From contig RDEW01000055.1 in the NCBI GenBank assembly GCA_011109175.1, positions 139,516 to 203,515 of the forward strand: a stretch of 64,000 bases of DNA, in the 5' to 3' direction. A program made the position numbers and the translations under genes. Within the stretch, counting starts at the first letter, position 1. Each line of letters starts with the position of its first letter. This DNA is from Dicyema japonicum (Eukaryota > Animalia > Dicyemida). The notes below the pieces were generated by a model. It was not told the origin of the DNA and ran no database searches. It saw only the letters and a program-made list of their open reading frames with translations. This document shows, piece by piece, positions 24,178 through 37,458 of the stretch.

Positions 24178-24684
24178 ATGCAGGTTAATTGTTGGGAAAA
24201 TGGCAATGAAGTAATTTACTATTTACAAGCCTACAAACAAGAATCTGCAGAAACTAATAATTTATATTACAATGGTAACGACTATTATATGTATTCTCAA
24301 ATTAATAACACTGAATATGAACGTGAAACTGAAAATCCCCAGAGAGTAGATGACTACTCGTATGTTGATGAAATACAAGTTAAGTCGGAGATTCCTTCTT
24401 ACAAATCCTTTACACTGGAGAGTATATTAGCCACCAATCAACAGCCTAAATGTCATCGGAATACTAATTTTGAGTTGACTGATCAGCAAAAGGAAGATAA
24501 GAAACGTCTTGCTAACAGAATGGCTGCCCGTCGTTGCAAAAAGAAAAAATTTGATAAAATTACTCAATTGGGGGAAAAAATAAAATCCGTTGATTACCAA
24601 ATTGAACAAATAAATTTATTGGAAGAAATATCTTTGGATCAGCTTATAAATGACTTATTCTTAGTGTTTTGTAATAATTATTAA
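24178..24684 (+). CDS. bZIP transcription factor (Jun/ATF-like basic region)
   Basis: KRLANRMAARRCKKKK followed by heptad-spaced I/L residues; exon structure not resolved. Confidence 0.75.
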   Translation: MQVNCWENGNEVIYYLQAYKQESAETNNLYYNGNDYYMYSQINNTEYERETENPQRVDDYSYVDEIQVKSEIPSYKSFTLESILATNQQPKCHRNTNFELTDQQKEDKKRLANRMAARRCKKKKFDKITQLGEKIKSVDYQIEQINLLEEISLDQLINDLFLVFCNNY

Positions 24685-27600
24685 ATTCTTGTATATTCTT
24701 TGTTAACAAAGTGCAGCTTTTCTGTTAAGAGTGTTTTCCCTCTTAAGATTATGAAAATGGACTCAATTCATTTTCTCGACATACCTTATCAATTTTTTGG
24801 TATGAACGATCTAATAGAACATCGAGAGGAAAACGATTGGGTTTGAGAAGAAACCCGAAATGTCCTCCAAAATGAAGGGGTTAGTTTGTTTTGAGTTTAA
24901 CCAATGTTGTCGAATAAATATTCAACAATGGACAAACTCATGATGGTCTTTATGAGGTTATTAAATTATTAGTCAATTATCAAAATTATAATTTTAATGT
25001 TTTTCATTCAGACTTTGTGAAGTCTCTTGAGAGTATGTGAGTAAAACATAAATATTGACTGGCCAGACCACTTGCTGGAAACTGATATCCACATTGAAAC
25101 GATCGACGAAATACATTTTATTGGAGGATGTTGTTCGTTAGAGAATCTGAACGATGAAATTAATGAGAGGATAACTGACGGTCCAAACATTTACTATAAA
25201 GAACCTGAAAGTGTGGGTGGGCATAGAGGATACGAATTTTAAATTAACTAAACATGATGGTTAATGGTTGTCGTCTGCGGATAATTCAAATGGGTTGTTT
25301 TTGTTGGTGATTTTTAAGCTTAATCTATATCAAAGAAACAAATGAGGCACCAACTATCACATTGTAGTGGACATGACGATTCCAAGGCGATGAGAGAATT
25401 ATCTCCGTTCACGGGGTTCGCGATTGAGTTGCCAATTTTGTTGATGACTCTTATAAATTTTTCAATTCATTCCAGGAGTTTTGAAGGGGATTAGGAAAGA
25501 CCGAAAGTGATCCCTAATATTCTTTCAATTTTAGTATTCAACGTTATAGGCTTTGGGGAGTCTAAATGGTTATAAAATACAAAAAGCGAAACAGTGAATA
25601 TATTGACGCACGTTGATGGAAAAGTAAAACTATGAGAGTGGAGGGACCTAACTTATTCAATGATTATAAGTATCCATCTATTCTTTTGATAGTATTTCCG
25701 TCACATTAATATGTAATTGTTAGGTCATGGATATTATGTTTTCACAAGGACAAGAAATTTAGTGAAATGTAAATATTTTATTAATTTAACTTTCAAACCA
25801 ATTAAACTAAAGGTTAATTAATCAAACCGCATATGAAATTCTAATTTTCTTATTTCATCAATTTTTTAAAACAAACTTTTGTTAAAAACAACAACTTAAT
25901 TTTAATGAGCCTGAATGGTTAGACTGTTTCCTTTCACAATAGTTATCCAAACCATCCACTCTCACGTAGGTCCTTGTTGACCATTTGGATCATTGAGTCG
26001 ATCCGATGGACTAGGTCGTCCGTTTGTGGGCCAATTATAAAATGGAAACTACAAGTGATCAGTGAAATCTATCTACAAATGAAGATGAATAAAAAGTAAT
26101 GTAGTGGTAGTCTAAAAGTCAGGTAATGCAGACTGACGAATCCGAATGTCAGATTAATGCCAAAATTCTAAAGTTATCTTATCATTTCATAATTGTTATA
26201 CTATTTTAATATAAAGTCACAATCCCACTTCACACAAATAATATCATAGATTTGTTCCTAAATATTATCACCATTTCGTTTGGGAGAATGACGTACTCAG
26301 CTTCATCTCCACCTCCTTGTTTATTAGTGCTTATTTCAATGATAGTTATGTCCCCTGATAAGTTATCATAAAATTATGGGGAAAATATATTTATTATGAC
26401 ATCAAATCTAAAAAATGTTTATTAATACTTTATGTTTTTAAAGTTATTTCAAGGATTTATATTTGTTCGGCATTTATTCCGTAGGTTAGAACAGTTTCAA
26501 ATCTAAAAAGTAAATTTTCAAATACCACAGTAAAAACAAACTTATTACTAAGGTGATTTGAGAAGCTTAAATGTGACTCCATCCTAGCTTTATATTTCTT
26601 ATACGACCCCAAACAAGCTTTGCTATAGAACTGGATGCTCATAGTTATGTGCTCACGCCCTTGGATTCTAAGGAGTGTGAGAGTGTTCTTTTAAAAAACT
26701 ATTTTTGAATAACATTGAATACACGTTTCTAACAAGTTTTGTAATAAATAATTAATAATTTGATATATTGATGATTGTTTGTCAAGAGAAAAGCTAAACG
26801 TAGTCATCGCTAAAACCTTTTTGTGTATTAAATATTCTGAATAACCTAACTAATCCTAATTTCTTTGTGCGTCTACAACGCTCATCTGATTCGTTTTTCA
26901 CGATTGATATTGACTGTTTTTTTGGGTTGACGATTAGGAACCATATTTCAAAAATCGATGGAATTGGCGGTATAATGTGTAAAAAGATGTGTTCATCATC
27001 TGAAATAAAGTCAATATCATTTGCATATATAATTTATGATAGTCAGCTTCTTATTGTTTCTCGAGTGGATTAGAGATAATTAAAAACAGGCAATACCTTG
27101 AGGGACACCATATGCTTTAAGAAAGGGTTAAGACAGAATGTTCCCAATTTTCATAAATAGGAAACTATCGAACATCACAGACTAATAATCTTTACTTTGC
27201 TATTTTACAAAATATCAAAAATATTTAAAAAAGAAATTTTGTATGAATAATTAATTTAATTTCATTCGGCCAATTGCACTACAGACTAATTAATCATCCC
27301 AGTTATGAAATTATAATTTTTGTCAATTATAAGAAAAATTAGAATATTTTTATCAAATCTTTGATAATTTTTATCAAATCGAGGATTTTAATAATTTTAC
27401 TTTTAAGGAAAAAAGCTAATATGTATACTCTTATGGTAAAAATTAGTCAATCTCACATGTTTTTTGTTATTGCTTATCCGATTGTCTTATAAATTCATTA
27501 TAATGCAACACTAATCGATCGCTATTTACGGAAGAATAGCACGTATATGCTTTGAATAATTCACAACATAGAGTTTCACAAAATCTTTTTTAGGGGCGTA

Positions 27601-27792
27601 AGCGAAGAAAATCAAAAAATGGTTATCTGGATTGTTCTCTTTCGATAATAAAAGGTTGTTGAATAAATGAGTTCTACAATTAATAAATTTCAAAAAGCCT
27701 TCAAGTACTCTAATGTGATATCAAAACATCTGTAAAGCGAACAAAACCTAAGAATTTATCAAAATTTTAGAATGAAACCAAAATTCCGAAAG

Positions 27793-27866
27793 TCACGCTT
27801 CAAAAATAATTAATTAATAATTTCAGCTTATAAACGAATTTTTAACAACTTTTGAAATTTAAGAAA
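27793..27866 (+). promoter_or_regulatory. Conserved block directly upstream of the metalloprotease ATG (candidate promoter/5' UTR)
   Basis: cacgcttcaaaaataatt...agcttataaacgaattttt lies just 5' of the ATG in all four paralogs (also about 37381-37458, and reverse-complemented at about 43665-43750 and 47577-47652). Confidence 0.55.
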
Positions 27867-28765
27867 ATGAATTTTCTGTTTTACACATTATTTAGTGCTT
27901 TCGTTGGTAATTTATTTTGAAACAATTTTAGATAACGGGAAATTAACCAAAAGATATGATATCACCTCTGTTGTTGACGGCAAATTCGTTTTCATTTAAT
28001 ATTTTACAAATAGCAAAAAGGTTTCAACTATAATAAACACCAAATAAGACAAAGCATAATTGAAACGTTCAAATTGTCTCAAAAAGTATTTAATTGACCA
28101 TAATTAAGTTTTTTGATGAAATCAAAATTGAATTAAATCTAAAAATGTATACTTCACTAACGACACTTTGCCAAATAATCCTTACGATGCTGCTGTATAC
28201 TCAATGATTAGAGATTACTCAGATGTGGTAGACGCAGTTTTATTCTTTGAGTAATTATTCAAACTAATTCTCAGAGATGCCGAACTTGAAAATCAATGGG
28301 AAAAATATCCAGAAGGAATCGCATTAATAGGAACTGTTTGCACACCTCAAGCAGTGGGAATTGTTTTGAAAAGATACAGTAAAGAAAAGACTTCAGAGAT
28401 TGTATCTCATGAATTATTCCACGTGCTTGGGTTCGAGCACGTCAGAGGAGTGAAAGTAATTGTAATAGAAAATGCCTAATGAATCCTTATATTTATAAAC
28501 ATGAAAAAATTTTAATAATTCGAGACATGTATCAAAGTTAACAATCAAATCTGTGCCTGCCCTGGAAAAAAATGGCGATGCCTTGCCTTGAGTATTGATT
28601 TGTATTAAATTTTTGTCCCAAATGATAAAGGGACCACAAGTACTAAGGAACCAAATGATAACGGGAGCAGCTCTGATGGTGAGTCAAACGGAAATAATTT
28701 TTGGATTTACACGTTCTTTCTTTTCCAGGTACAAAGTTTAAACTATAATTTAGGGTCTTAATTAG
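27867..28765 (+). CDS. Minimal reprolysin/M12B metalloprotease paralog 1, possibly a pseudogene
   Basis: Signal-like N terminus, HELFHVLGFEH, C..CLMNP Met-turn, short stalk, hydrophobic C terminus; several indels and a lost intron donor near 28505. Confidence 0.75.
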
Positions 28766-29129
28766 ATTCTCTAACTATTACTAACTATCTAATAATAATA
28801 ATCGTCAGATAATTTCCATATAGTATGTCATAATCCATATCCTCAATCGCTACAAAAAATTATTCTGCGTTTTTATGGAAACGATTACTTCGTAGAATTG
28901 TTAAGTATAATTATTTTCTCGATTGCCATCTTTCAATTTTTGAAAGGACAAAAGTCCAGCGAACATAAAAATAACTTAAATGTGCTTTTAAACTAAAATA
29001 AATTATTTGATCTCTTTACTTTTCTATAGTCAAGTAAAAATGTAATATTTGTAGGTTTTTATGATCATCAACCAGTATTCGAGATTACAAAGAATTTAAA
29101 ATAATAGATCATTCACGTTTATTTGAGAT

Positions 29130-30350
29130 TTGGCTATTTCCAAACCGTTATCTACTTGGTCAAATAATTTCAAAATGGTATGTACCCTATTAAATTCCTA
29201 AGAGGCACAATCTGATCCACTTGTCCAAGGAAACATTCAGTACTTGGCAGTTCCACAAAAAGGATTTCACTCTTCCCTGCATCATCAAATGGTTGCTATA
29301 ATGATGGATATGAATGGACTTTATTGTTGAGAGGATGCGACTCACTCTAACCATGTGAACTGGTATCAATTAGTTAGATAAAAACTCTCTTTTATATAAC
29401 CAGAGAACCTGCGACAAAAACATTAATTTGCGTCTCAATGTCTGGATTTTGATATTAAAATAATAGATATATTCCAAATTGAACGACTATTAAGTTGGCC
29501 CACTATTATTCTGCCCTTTAACTTTCTTGTTTTGTCGAGAATAAAAGTAATATCATTTTGGATCGAGACTATTATCAAATGGCGTTCCTCAAGCCTCTCC
29601 ATTATCTTCCCTCTTGTTTAACTTTATGATGAATGACTTGCCACTCCCACAGGGAACGATGACATTTATCAACGTATGCGGATGATATAGTGATTGCTTC
29701 GAGGGATGTGAGTATTATCGAAGCAACGAGAAGAGTACAATCTGAATAAACTAAGTTTATGGCTTCGGGAAAATTCAATTGACTGCTAGCCTGGAGAAGT
29801 CGGTGTTGACCCTATTCACGACAAACAGAAGACTAAGGAAAGTATAAATTGATGTCACCTTGGATAGGAAAAATATCCCGCAAACAAATTCTAGAAAATC
29901 CTGGGAGTTACCTTTGATACCTTCTTAACCTTCACAAACATGTCGAAAATATGTTATTGACTTGTACGAGGAAAATCAACTTTCTGAAAGCGTTCTTGGG
30001 AAATCCAAGAGTCAATAAAGATATGAATGGACTGGATGTCATATATAAGCAGTTCATTTAGTCTACAATAGGATACGCATGTAATGTCTGGGGATCTAAC
30101 TTTTCTGCAACGAATTTGGACAAGATCTGCAACATTCAAGTGAAGCAAACCTACTAAGGAAATCTTCCCGTGTGGAAATCCTGCCCAGAAACCTTGAAAA
30201 TATGATAGAGGCGACTGGAACAGTGCCCCTGCGAGGACTCGAGTATGCGAACACCTTCCATATCGGAATTGCGCAGGAACGCTGTCGGAACACCGAGAAA
30301 AGATGCGAAGACTGTTGAGGGAGGCCGGGATCATCTGAATTATGTTTATT
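29130..30350 (+). mobile_element. Degenerate Vingi-like LINE (RT and C-terminal part)
   Basis: NGVPQASPL, YADDIVIASRD, KILGVTFD-like motifs with many stops. Confidence 0.7.
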
Positions 30351-30559
30351 TTGGATATGACTGTAGTTTTCTGGTTTAATATTAATAATAATAATAATTT
30401 TGGAGTACTTCATGTCTATAATTGGATATAAATATGAAATACTTGTTTTGACAAAAATTATTACAGAATTAATAAAAGGATTATAACGTGAATTTAAGAA
30501 AATCATTGATGAGGCTACAACTGAAGTATTATGTGCATATTAAATAATTGGAAAGACCA

Positions 30560-31700
30560 AGGGTAAAACCAAACTAATTCCTAATCTTGACATGCTCCGA
30601 CAGAACTCTCTCACAAGCACACTGATTCAGAGGACTCTTCCGAAAACCAAGGAGTAAAATAGTCTTCCAGCGGAATGAAGAAATGGATCCTTTTGAATGC
30701 TGACAAATGGAGTTTCCTGAGTATGATGGATCTAATGATGCTACCAGAGGGAAGGAATAGAAATCTTCAATCAAGTTGCCACATACAACCACTATGTTGT
30801 TATTCCAAGACCATAGTTAAAGCGAAAAAAAGACTATGTGATGCTGACAATTTATTGCAGGCTTTTGTCCTTAGATCCTACTACGACTCGTTGGAACAGG
30901 ATTTTTGCAATTTCTTCAATTGTGATGTTTTCTCATCCACTAAATTATAATTGACTTTTTTGACACTTTCTTTACTGATGTGGATGTAACGGATTTCTTA
31001 GGGCTAATTGTCAGTCAATATTCGTTCAGTCATACAAGTAAACGGTGATGTCTGAATCTCTCTGTGGCTGCCTTGGATGCTAAAACTATGTCGTTTGCAT
31101 AAGCCCAGAGAAGATCTTTTTCTAGACTTGGTATCGTAATGTCAGCCAAGAATATGATGAAAGATAGCATATCTAGTAGTGTGACCTCGAGAATATAATC
31201 AGGAAATAGTCGGGAGACTGATCAATGTTCCTAAGACAGACTCGTCTTCTATCGGCCACTGAGAAAGTTGGTATGCGAAAAATTAAAATTCCCAGGAATG
31301 TCTATCTAAAATATTTTCCAAGTAAAATTCTTCTTGGGAATATATTCGACGTTTAACGTATGTCCATTGTGCAGAGAAAGGTCTTCTGATGTCTGGGACT
31401 TTTGAAGGTCAAAGTTAATGAAGTCAGCCTGGAGATTAGATGACTGGTAGTTGGTAGAGATTTTATAATTCTATTATAGAACTGTCTGTCAAAGAAAATG
31501 TTCTTGATTTTCACAAGGAAAAGTTTCTCAAAGATTTTAGACATTGAACAAAAAAGTGAAACTCATCTGGATGAAGTCGGGTCCTTTTTCGGTTTTCCCG
31601 TTTTCAATTTTGGCCTGATGTTTGGGAGTTGCCATAACGTTGAAATCGAATTGTGGTTTATGGACAAATTATAGTGTAGCAATTCACTCATTACCCAGAT
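30560..31700 (-). mobile_element. Degenerate Vingi-like LINE fragment
   Basis: LLWAYANDIVLASK and ISPKKSV motifs parallel the RT of copy 1. Confidence 0.55.
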
Positions 31701-32199
31701 TTTTCAGGATGATAACAATCCCCATATGAATGTGTTACTCGGGATTTCCTTCACTTTTTTTAGAAAAATAAGATGAAAATTTATCCCTTTTTTGGTTTTC
31801 TTGATAAGTGAGATACGTCATTCTTTCCATAGTCTCCATGCGAGATTTTTACGTAATAATTTGACAAGCATTTCCTTTGGCTGCAGTTTTCGTCTTCGGA
31901 TGGCCATCTCTCTGCACCCAAAATGTTATAATTACTTTCCAGACTTCGGCTGTCGACTGATTGTGGTATAGAACACGTGTCCATTTTGTTTTCTGTATTT
32001 TGAATTTTTCAGTATTTATTTCTTTTAACTTTAACAACTTTATTAGGAATGAAAAATTAAAGAGGGAGTTAGTTGGCCTCACGCCGCAAGTCCTGCAAAC
32101 GCTTGGACTCTTCTCTGCGATCTCAGACCCCTCTTATCGTTTATTCTGTGCTGCAACATACGAGTCAATGATGGCATCTCTTTTCAGGTAGTTTTCCAT

Positions 32200-33830
32200 T
32201 TTTTTCTGCTGCATCTTTTATCGACATTACTACAAATTTTCATCTTCCTCTAGCTACTCGTCGAGCCTTTTGTGTAGAGCAATCTTGATCCCTGCTCTCC
32301 TCGATTTTTTCAAAAAGCAATAAAACGCTCTTTGTATGCAGTGTAATACCATCCTTCCAGTCCATAAAAGTGATGGAATGATCGCACGTGAAAAAATAAA
32401 TAAAAACATATCCGTTTCGAGTCTCAACTTCCTCATGGTGGGCTTTCTTCCTTTTGAGTTTAAAATCGCACACTGTGCTCCCAGATTTCTCAAACGCTGT
32501 TCCGAGATACTTAAGGGAGCTCACAATGCTGATTCCGCATGTGGAGTCTTTCTGATTTCCTTTACCATTCCGACCGAAAAACATCATTGCACTAGATTTT
32601 TATTCTGACAGTTTTAACCCATGAAGACCGCACCAGTCTTTTATCTCTTCCATGTGCACATTGAGTCTTTTCTCTGAGATCATGCTCGATCTCGACACAT
32701 CAGACAGTAGCACGTCGTCTGCGTATATCAGAGATCTCGTACTTGGTGTAGACGGAGACGGTAAACCGGCCATTAGAACACTAAACAATAGAGGGCTCAA
32801 AATTGATCCTTATGGGACTCCTCTCTTCAATAATATCATATTTGAAAAATAGCATCCGCATCTAACATAGGGTTTTCTTCTTTTAGGTATACTTTCACCC
32901 AATTCACTAGTTCCTTTGGGCTCCCCGTCAGAGATAACTGATCGATTATGGCTCTGTGGTTAGCACTGTCTAATGCTTTTGATATGTCGAGACATATGAC
33001 ATTCAGGAGACATTTGGATTCTCTGGCTTTGCATAACTCGGAGTTGAGTAAATAAGCAATCATCGCATGACCGTCCTGGGAGAAAACCAAATTGATCATT
33101 TCTGAAGTAATCTTCTTTTACCAGCTGATTTGTAAGCTTCCAGAATACAATTTTTTCCATGATTTTGAAATTGACCGAATCAGGCTGATCAGACGGTAGC
33201 TAGCAGCATCATTCTTCAGTCTACCTGTCTTCGCTACCATCCATACAGTCTTCTTCCATTCGTGTGGAACATGACCAATTTTTATGCATGTGTTGAACAT
33301 ATGTTTGAGAACTTCGAATAAAATTTCTGGGCCTTCTTTGAAAATCCTAGCTTTGATGAAATCACTGCCCGGAGCTTTATTCTTGGCAGCTTTTATCGCT
33401 ATCTTCAGCTCTTCTAGAAAGATCTCTATAAATGCTGTTTTCTCTGACAATGGTTCGTAACAAATCTTCTCCGCGATGACATAATCGTCCACATCAAATA
33501 TCTTTTTAATCTGTGTCTCAAAACTATAGGTATTTCCTCTGCAGCATAGTAGGTGCCATCCGGTTTCTTGACCACAATTTTGTTTGCGATTGACTCTGGG
33601 TTCCTCTCTCTTCGGTATACCTTCCAGAAAGAGGGATTGTGGTTGTTTAGCTTCCGTAGTTGAGAGTTCCACTTATTCTCATTCCAACTTTTGAATTGTT
33701 CCGACAACTGCTTTTTGTAGTTCGACGATTTTGTGAGACAAGGTCCTTCAAGACGAATTCTTTTGACTAGAGCAATCCTTAAAAAAACACTGGTATAACT
33801 GGTATGACTTTTTGGGACAGTTATAGATCT
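32200..33830 (-). mobile_element. Jockey/I-like LINE (family A relative), degenerate
   Basis: KNKAPGSDFI, ASYRLISLI, CLDISKALDS, SPLLFSVLM, LIYADDVLL. Confidence 0.8.
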
Positions 33831-34214
33831 TGATTTTTTTCCTAATCGTCTTCGATTTTGTGCTGAGAATTCTTAACTGATTTTTGAAATCGTTCGCTTT
33901 TAATATTACTTTTCGGTTAACCACCAGTTTATTTCACTCGAAAGGACCTTGAGAAAATAAACACATAAATATGTAAGTCACTCAGACACCAAAAGCCACA
34001 AAGGCATATAGGCACACAAAAACCACGGATACACTCAAAAATAGCTTTTTTCAACAGAATCGAACGTTGTATCTTATCTATTCTCATGCACATAAGTGAA
34101 ATTCCATGAGAATACGGAAAGCACTCAAAGCTTGCTAGTTAATGATTCCAGAGCACATCAAGCTAAAATTAACTCAGCATCCTTTTGAATAGATGGTATA
34201 AAGAGTCGTGTCTT

Positions 34215-34513
34215 TTTATTTTTTACTAACCCCTGATACACAGAGAAAGAAGTTAAGGTAAATAACTAGTTAAAAGTATCCAGTTTCCACTTCTACAGAA
34301 ACAGAGTCCATCCGGAATTAACATAAAGAGTAAAAGACGTCCATACTGCAGTTGTAGAAACCTCTCCAGTGGAGTGGGTAGAGTAAATGATTTTTTCGTG
34401 CCAGCCAGGCACGAGGTGCACCTAGACGTGGATCACATGACGCAACTCTGAGAGATAATCAAACAGAAAACTTCAACCAATTAGCCACGCAGCACCACAT
34501 TGCGCCACGTGGC
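34215..34513 (-). mobile_element. SINE family 1 copy B
   Basis: Colinear reverse-complement match to 15455-15761. Confidence 0.85.
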
Positions 34514-35265
34514 GAAATTTTCTAGATTTATTTTATTAAAACTCTAAACATAAGCCAAGAAAATGACTCATTCATCAAACAAGAAATAAACATTAAGGCA
34601 CAAGTCAATTACATACTCATATTCGCTATAACCAAGCAAAACGCATTCTCAAAATGTGAACACCTTCAAACCTGTATGGACGACGCTTTTAGCTCTTATC
34701 GTAAATCAAGGAATTTGAAGTTCTAACGTCGGAAGAGCCAAATAATGTTGTTATGATGGTGGAGACAAACTTGGAGTTTTATGTTTCTTTTTCACTCCTC
34801 GCTTATGTCGATATACCTGACACCGTATGGGATAATAATAAAAATTTTCCGCCACCATAATTATTAAATCAATTCGTGAGAGGAACAAATTTAGGGGAAA
34901 GTAAAACGTTGTATCGATAGAATAGACAAGAGGGTATCTTCGATGCATTTCTCTAGTCAGGACGGAAATTAATAAAATATTGAAGGATATTTCGGAAAGG
35001 AAATGGAAAGACGAAACCTCAAAGTCGATGTAATAATCCATTATTCTAGAGGAGTTATAGAAAACTCGTATATCCTAGAACATATGGAAAAGTATTTCTG
35101 GAGAATCCCGATATTAGTTTTATAGGATAGAAAAATTCTTGTATTTTCAAAAATCCCCTAGATAATATAGAAGGTGTTAATAAAATAAATCTAATTCCTG
35201 ACGACATGAAAGAAGATTCTATGGATTTAATTAAATGGTTTCCATATGAAAGTTAAACCGCGATC

Positions 35266-35482
35266 AGGGAATGTAGAGAAACAACGATATAAATATGGTA
35301 ATGTCAAAGATAGACGGACGTATTGTTTTGTTTTATAAAGAAACTGTTTCAATGCAAGATCAGACTTGGGTTATCAGGAATGTAGAGGAAAACAACGATA
35401 TAAATATGGTAATGTCCAAAGATAGACAGACGTAATGTTTTTGTTTTATAAGAAACTGTTCAATGCAAGACTCACTTGGGTT
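35266..35482. repeat. Tandem duplication, about 108 bp x2
   Basis: caggaatgtagag...aacgatataaatatggtaatgtc...caatgcaaga...cttgggtta occurs twice. Confidence 0.8.
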
Positions 35483-35539
35483 AATCCACGATTATGGAAG
35501 AGGTCTATAATGTGGATTGTCCGTAAGCCAGTGAGATCG

Positions 35540-36500
35540 AAGAGGACTCACTGAGCTATAAACCAATGTTGCATGCTCTATTTCGAAGATAATCTAGATT
35601 ATTATCTTCAAACGTTCGTATCTATATATTGAAGAAACTAATTTCTTGCTCCGGAACCAATGGGGCTTTCGTTCAAGTTGGCTGTGTGGGGGAATGTTTA
35701 TTCCTGCTTAATTCAATTTCCTGAAGGCCATTGATAGCAGATGGTTTGCTAAACCTATTATGTCTAGATATTTCCAAGACATCTAACACTGCTTGGCATG
35801 AAGCCCTTCTAGCTCAGCCTTAGGACGGATGTTCCGAAGTATTTATTTAGTTTTAATAAAAATTTCTTTAAACTAAATACTGTAAGAGAGTCTTTTAAAG
35901 GTAAGGAAATCCATCCAGTGGTGTCTCACTTATCAGAGGAGCCCTACAGGGTTCAGTGGTGAGCCCAATACTATTCAATATTTTCATGAGTAATTTGGCT
36001 AAACTGCTGAGTCATGATTCTGATGTATTAATTTAAGCGCGGATATTATTTTAATGGATGCCTCCAAAAATTCGATGCTTTCAGAAGAGAGAGTAAATGG
36101 TTACATGAGTATTATTGAAGATTGTGCAGGTTGAGAGGATTGAAACTTTCTTGAGAAAAGTCAAGCGAGCTACGCATTAGTCTATTAGAAAAGATTTCTA
36201 TATCTTCCATTAGGTATTTATTCAACTTTAACTTATGGATGTGAGGAATAGTTTTTCCTGACTAAAAAGGATAGAATTATATTTCTACTCTAAAAAACAA
36301 GTGATCATTAAATTTGAATTAGATTAAAGATTACAAGACTAGCTATAAGAGGAAGAAGATTGAGTCAATCAAGTGACTGGTCGAAGGAAGGATAAGTAGT
36401 TTTATAAGAAACAAATTCCAGAACTCATACATATCGACGAGACCTAACTAAGAAGAAAAGGAAACTGGAGAAGTGTCCAAGACTCGTGGCAGGACTATAA
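35540..36500 (+). mobile_element. Jockey/I-like LINE (family A) RT fragment, degenerate
   Basis: Similar to 1-1250 and 11477-12600 (CLDISKT, PYRVQW/SPILFNIFMS). Confidence 0.7.
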
Positions 36501-37458
36501 ATACATAACCTCTACTAACTCCTAACTTCTGTTCATTAATAAACCTATTCTGTTTTTCCAATAAATTAAACTACGAGTTAATTCTTAAACCGCAAATGAA
36601 ATTCAAAATTTCTTATTTACATTTTTTAAACTCCAATTTTTGTTAAAAAGAACAAAATTAATTTTAATGAGCCTGAATGGTTAGGCTGTTTCTTCTCACA
36701 ATAACAATCCAAATACGGTCTTGAAGACATTTAGTCTCAAGTAGATCCATGGTGACCCTTTATATCTCATTGAGTCGATCCGAAAATTAGATCATCAGAT
36801 TGTGGGCCAAATGCATAGTAGCAAATGGAAAACTGGAATAATTTTAATTTCTAATGATAACTCTGATACTTATATCTTTATTAAAAAATATTAGTCAATA
36901 TTAAATGTTTCTCATTGTTGCTTACCCGGTTGTCTTACAAAAAATTAATTAGTTAAAATATGAGAGAAAAAATTCATAAATCACTAAATTATTTTGAAAA
37001 AGTGAATTAAATACGGATGAATAATAATTTTTAAATGAATTTTCTATTTAATTTTTTGATTAATTAACTTTATTGTCTAATCGAATAATAATCAATTCGA
37101 GACAATGTTCCACAAACTCTCAAATAATTTGTGAGAACCTTCATGTACATCAAGAGTCCAAGAGAATAATAATAAAGAGTTTGACAGCATCTTTTTAGAT
37201 GCGGAAGCGAAGATACTTGAAAATAGTAGTTATCAAGATGTTTCTAATAAATAAGTTTTTTTATGTTAAATAAATTTCAAAAAGCGTTTAAGTACTCTAA
37301 TGTGATATTAGAACGTCTGAAAAGCAAACAAATCCTAAGAATTTATCAAAATTTTAGTGAAACCAAAATTCCGAGTCATATTACACGCTTCAAAAATAAT
37401 TGATTAATAATTTTAGCTTATAAACGAATTTTTTAAACAATTTTTGCAATTTGAGAAA

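Noticed and set aside
24900-26400. Possible cadherin-repeat gene (ETNEAPT, NYES motifs)
   Set aside because: Only two short motifs, in frames that could not be joined into a consistent spliced model.
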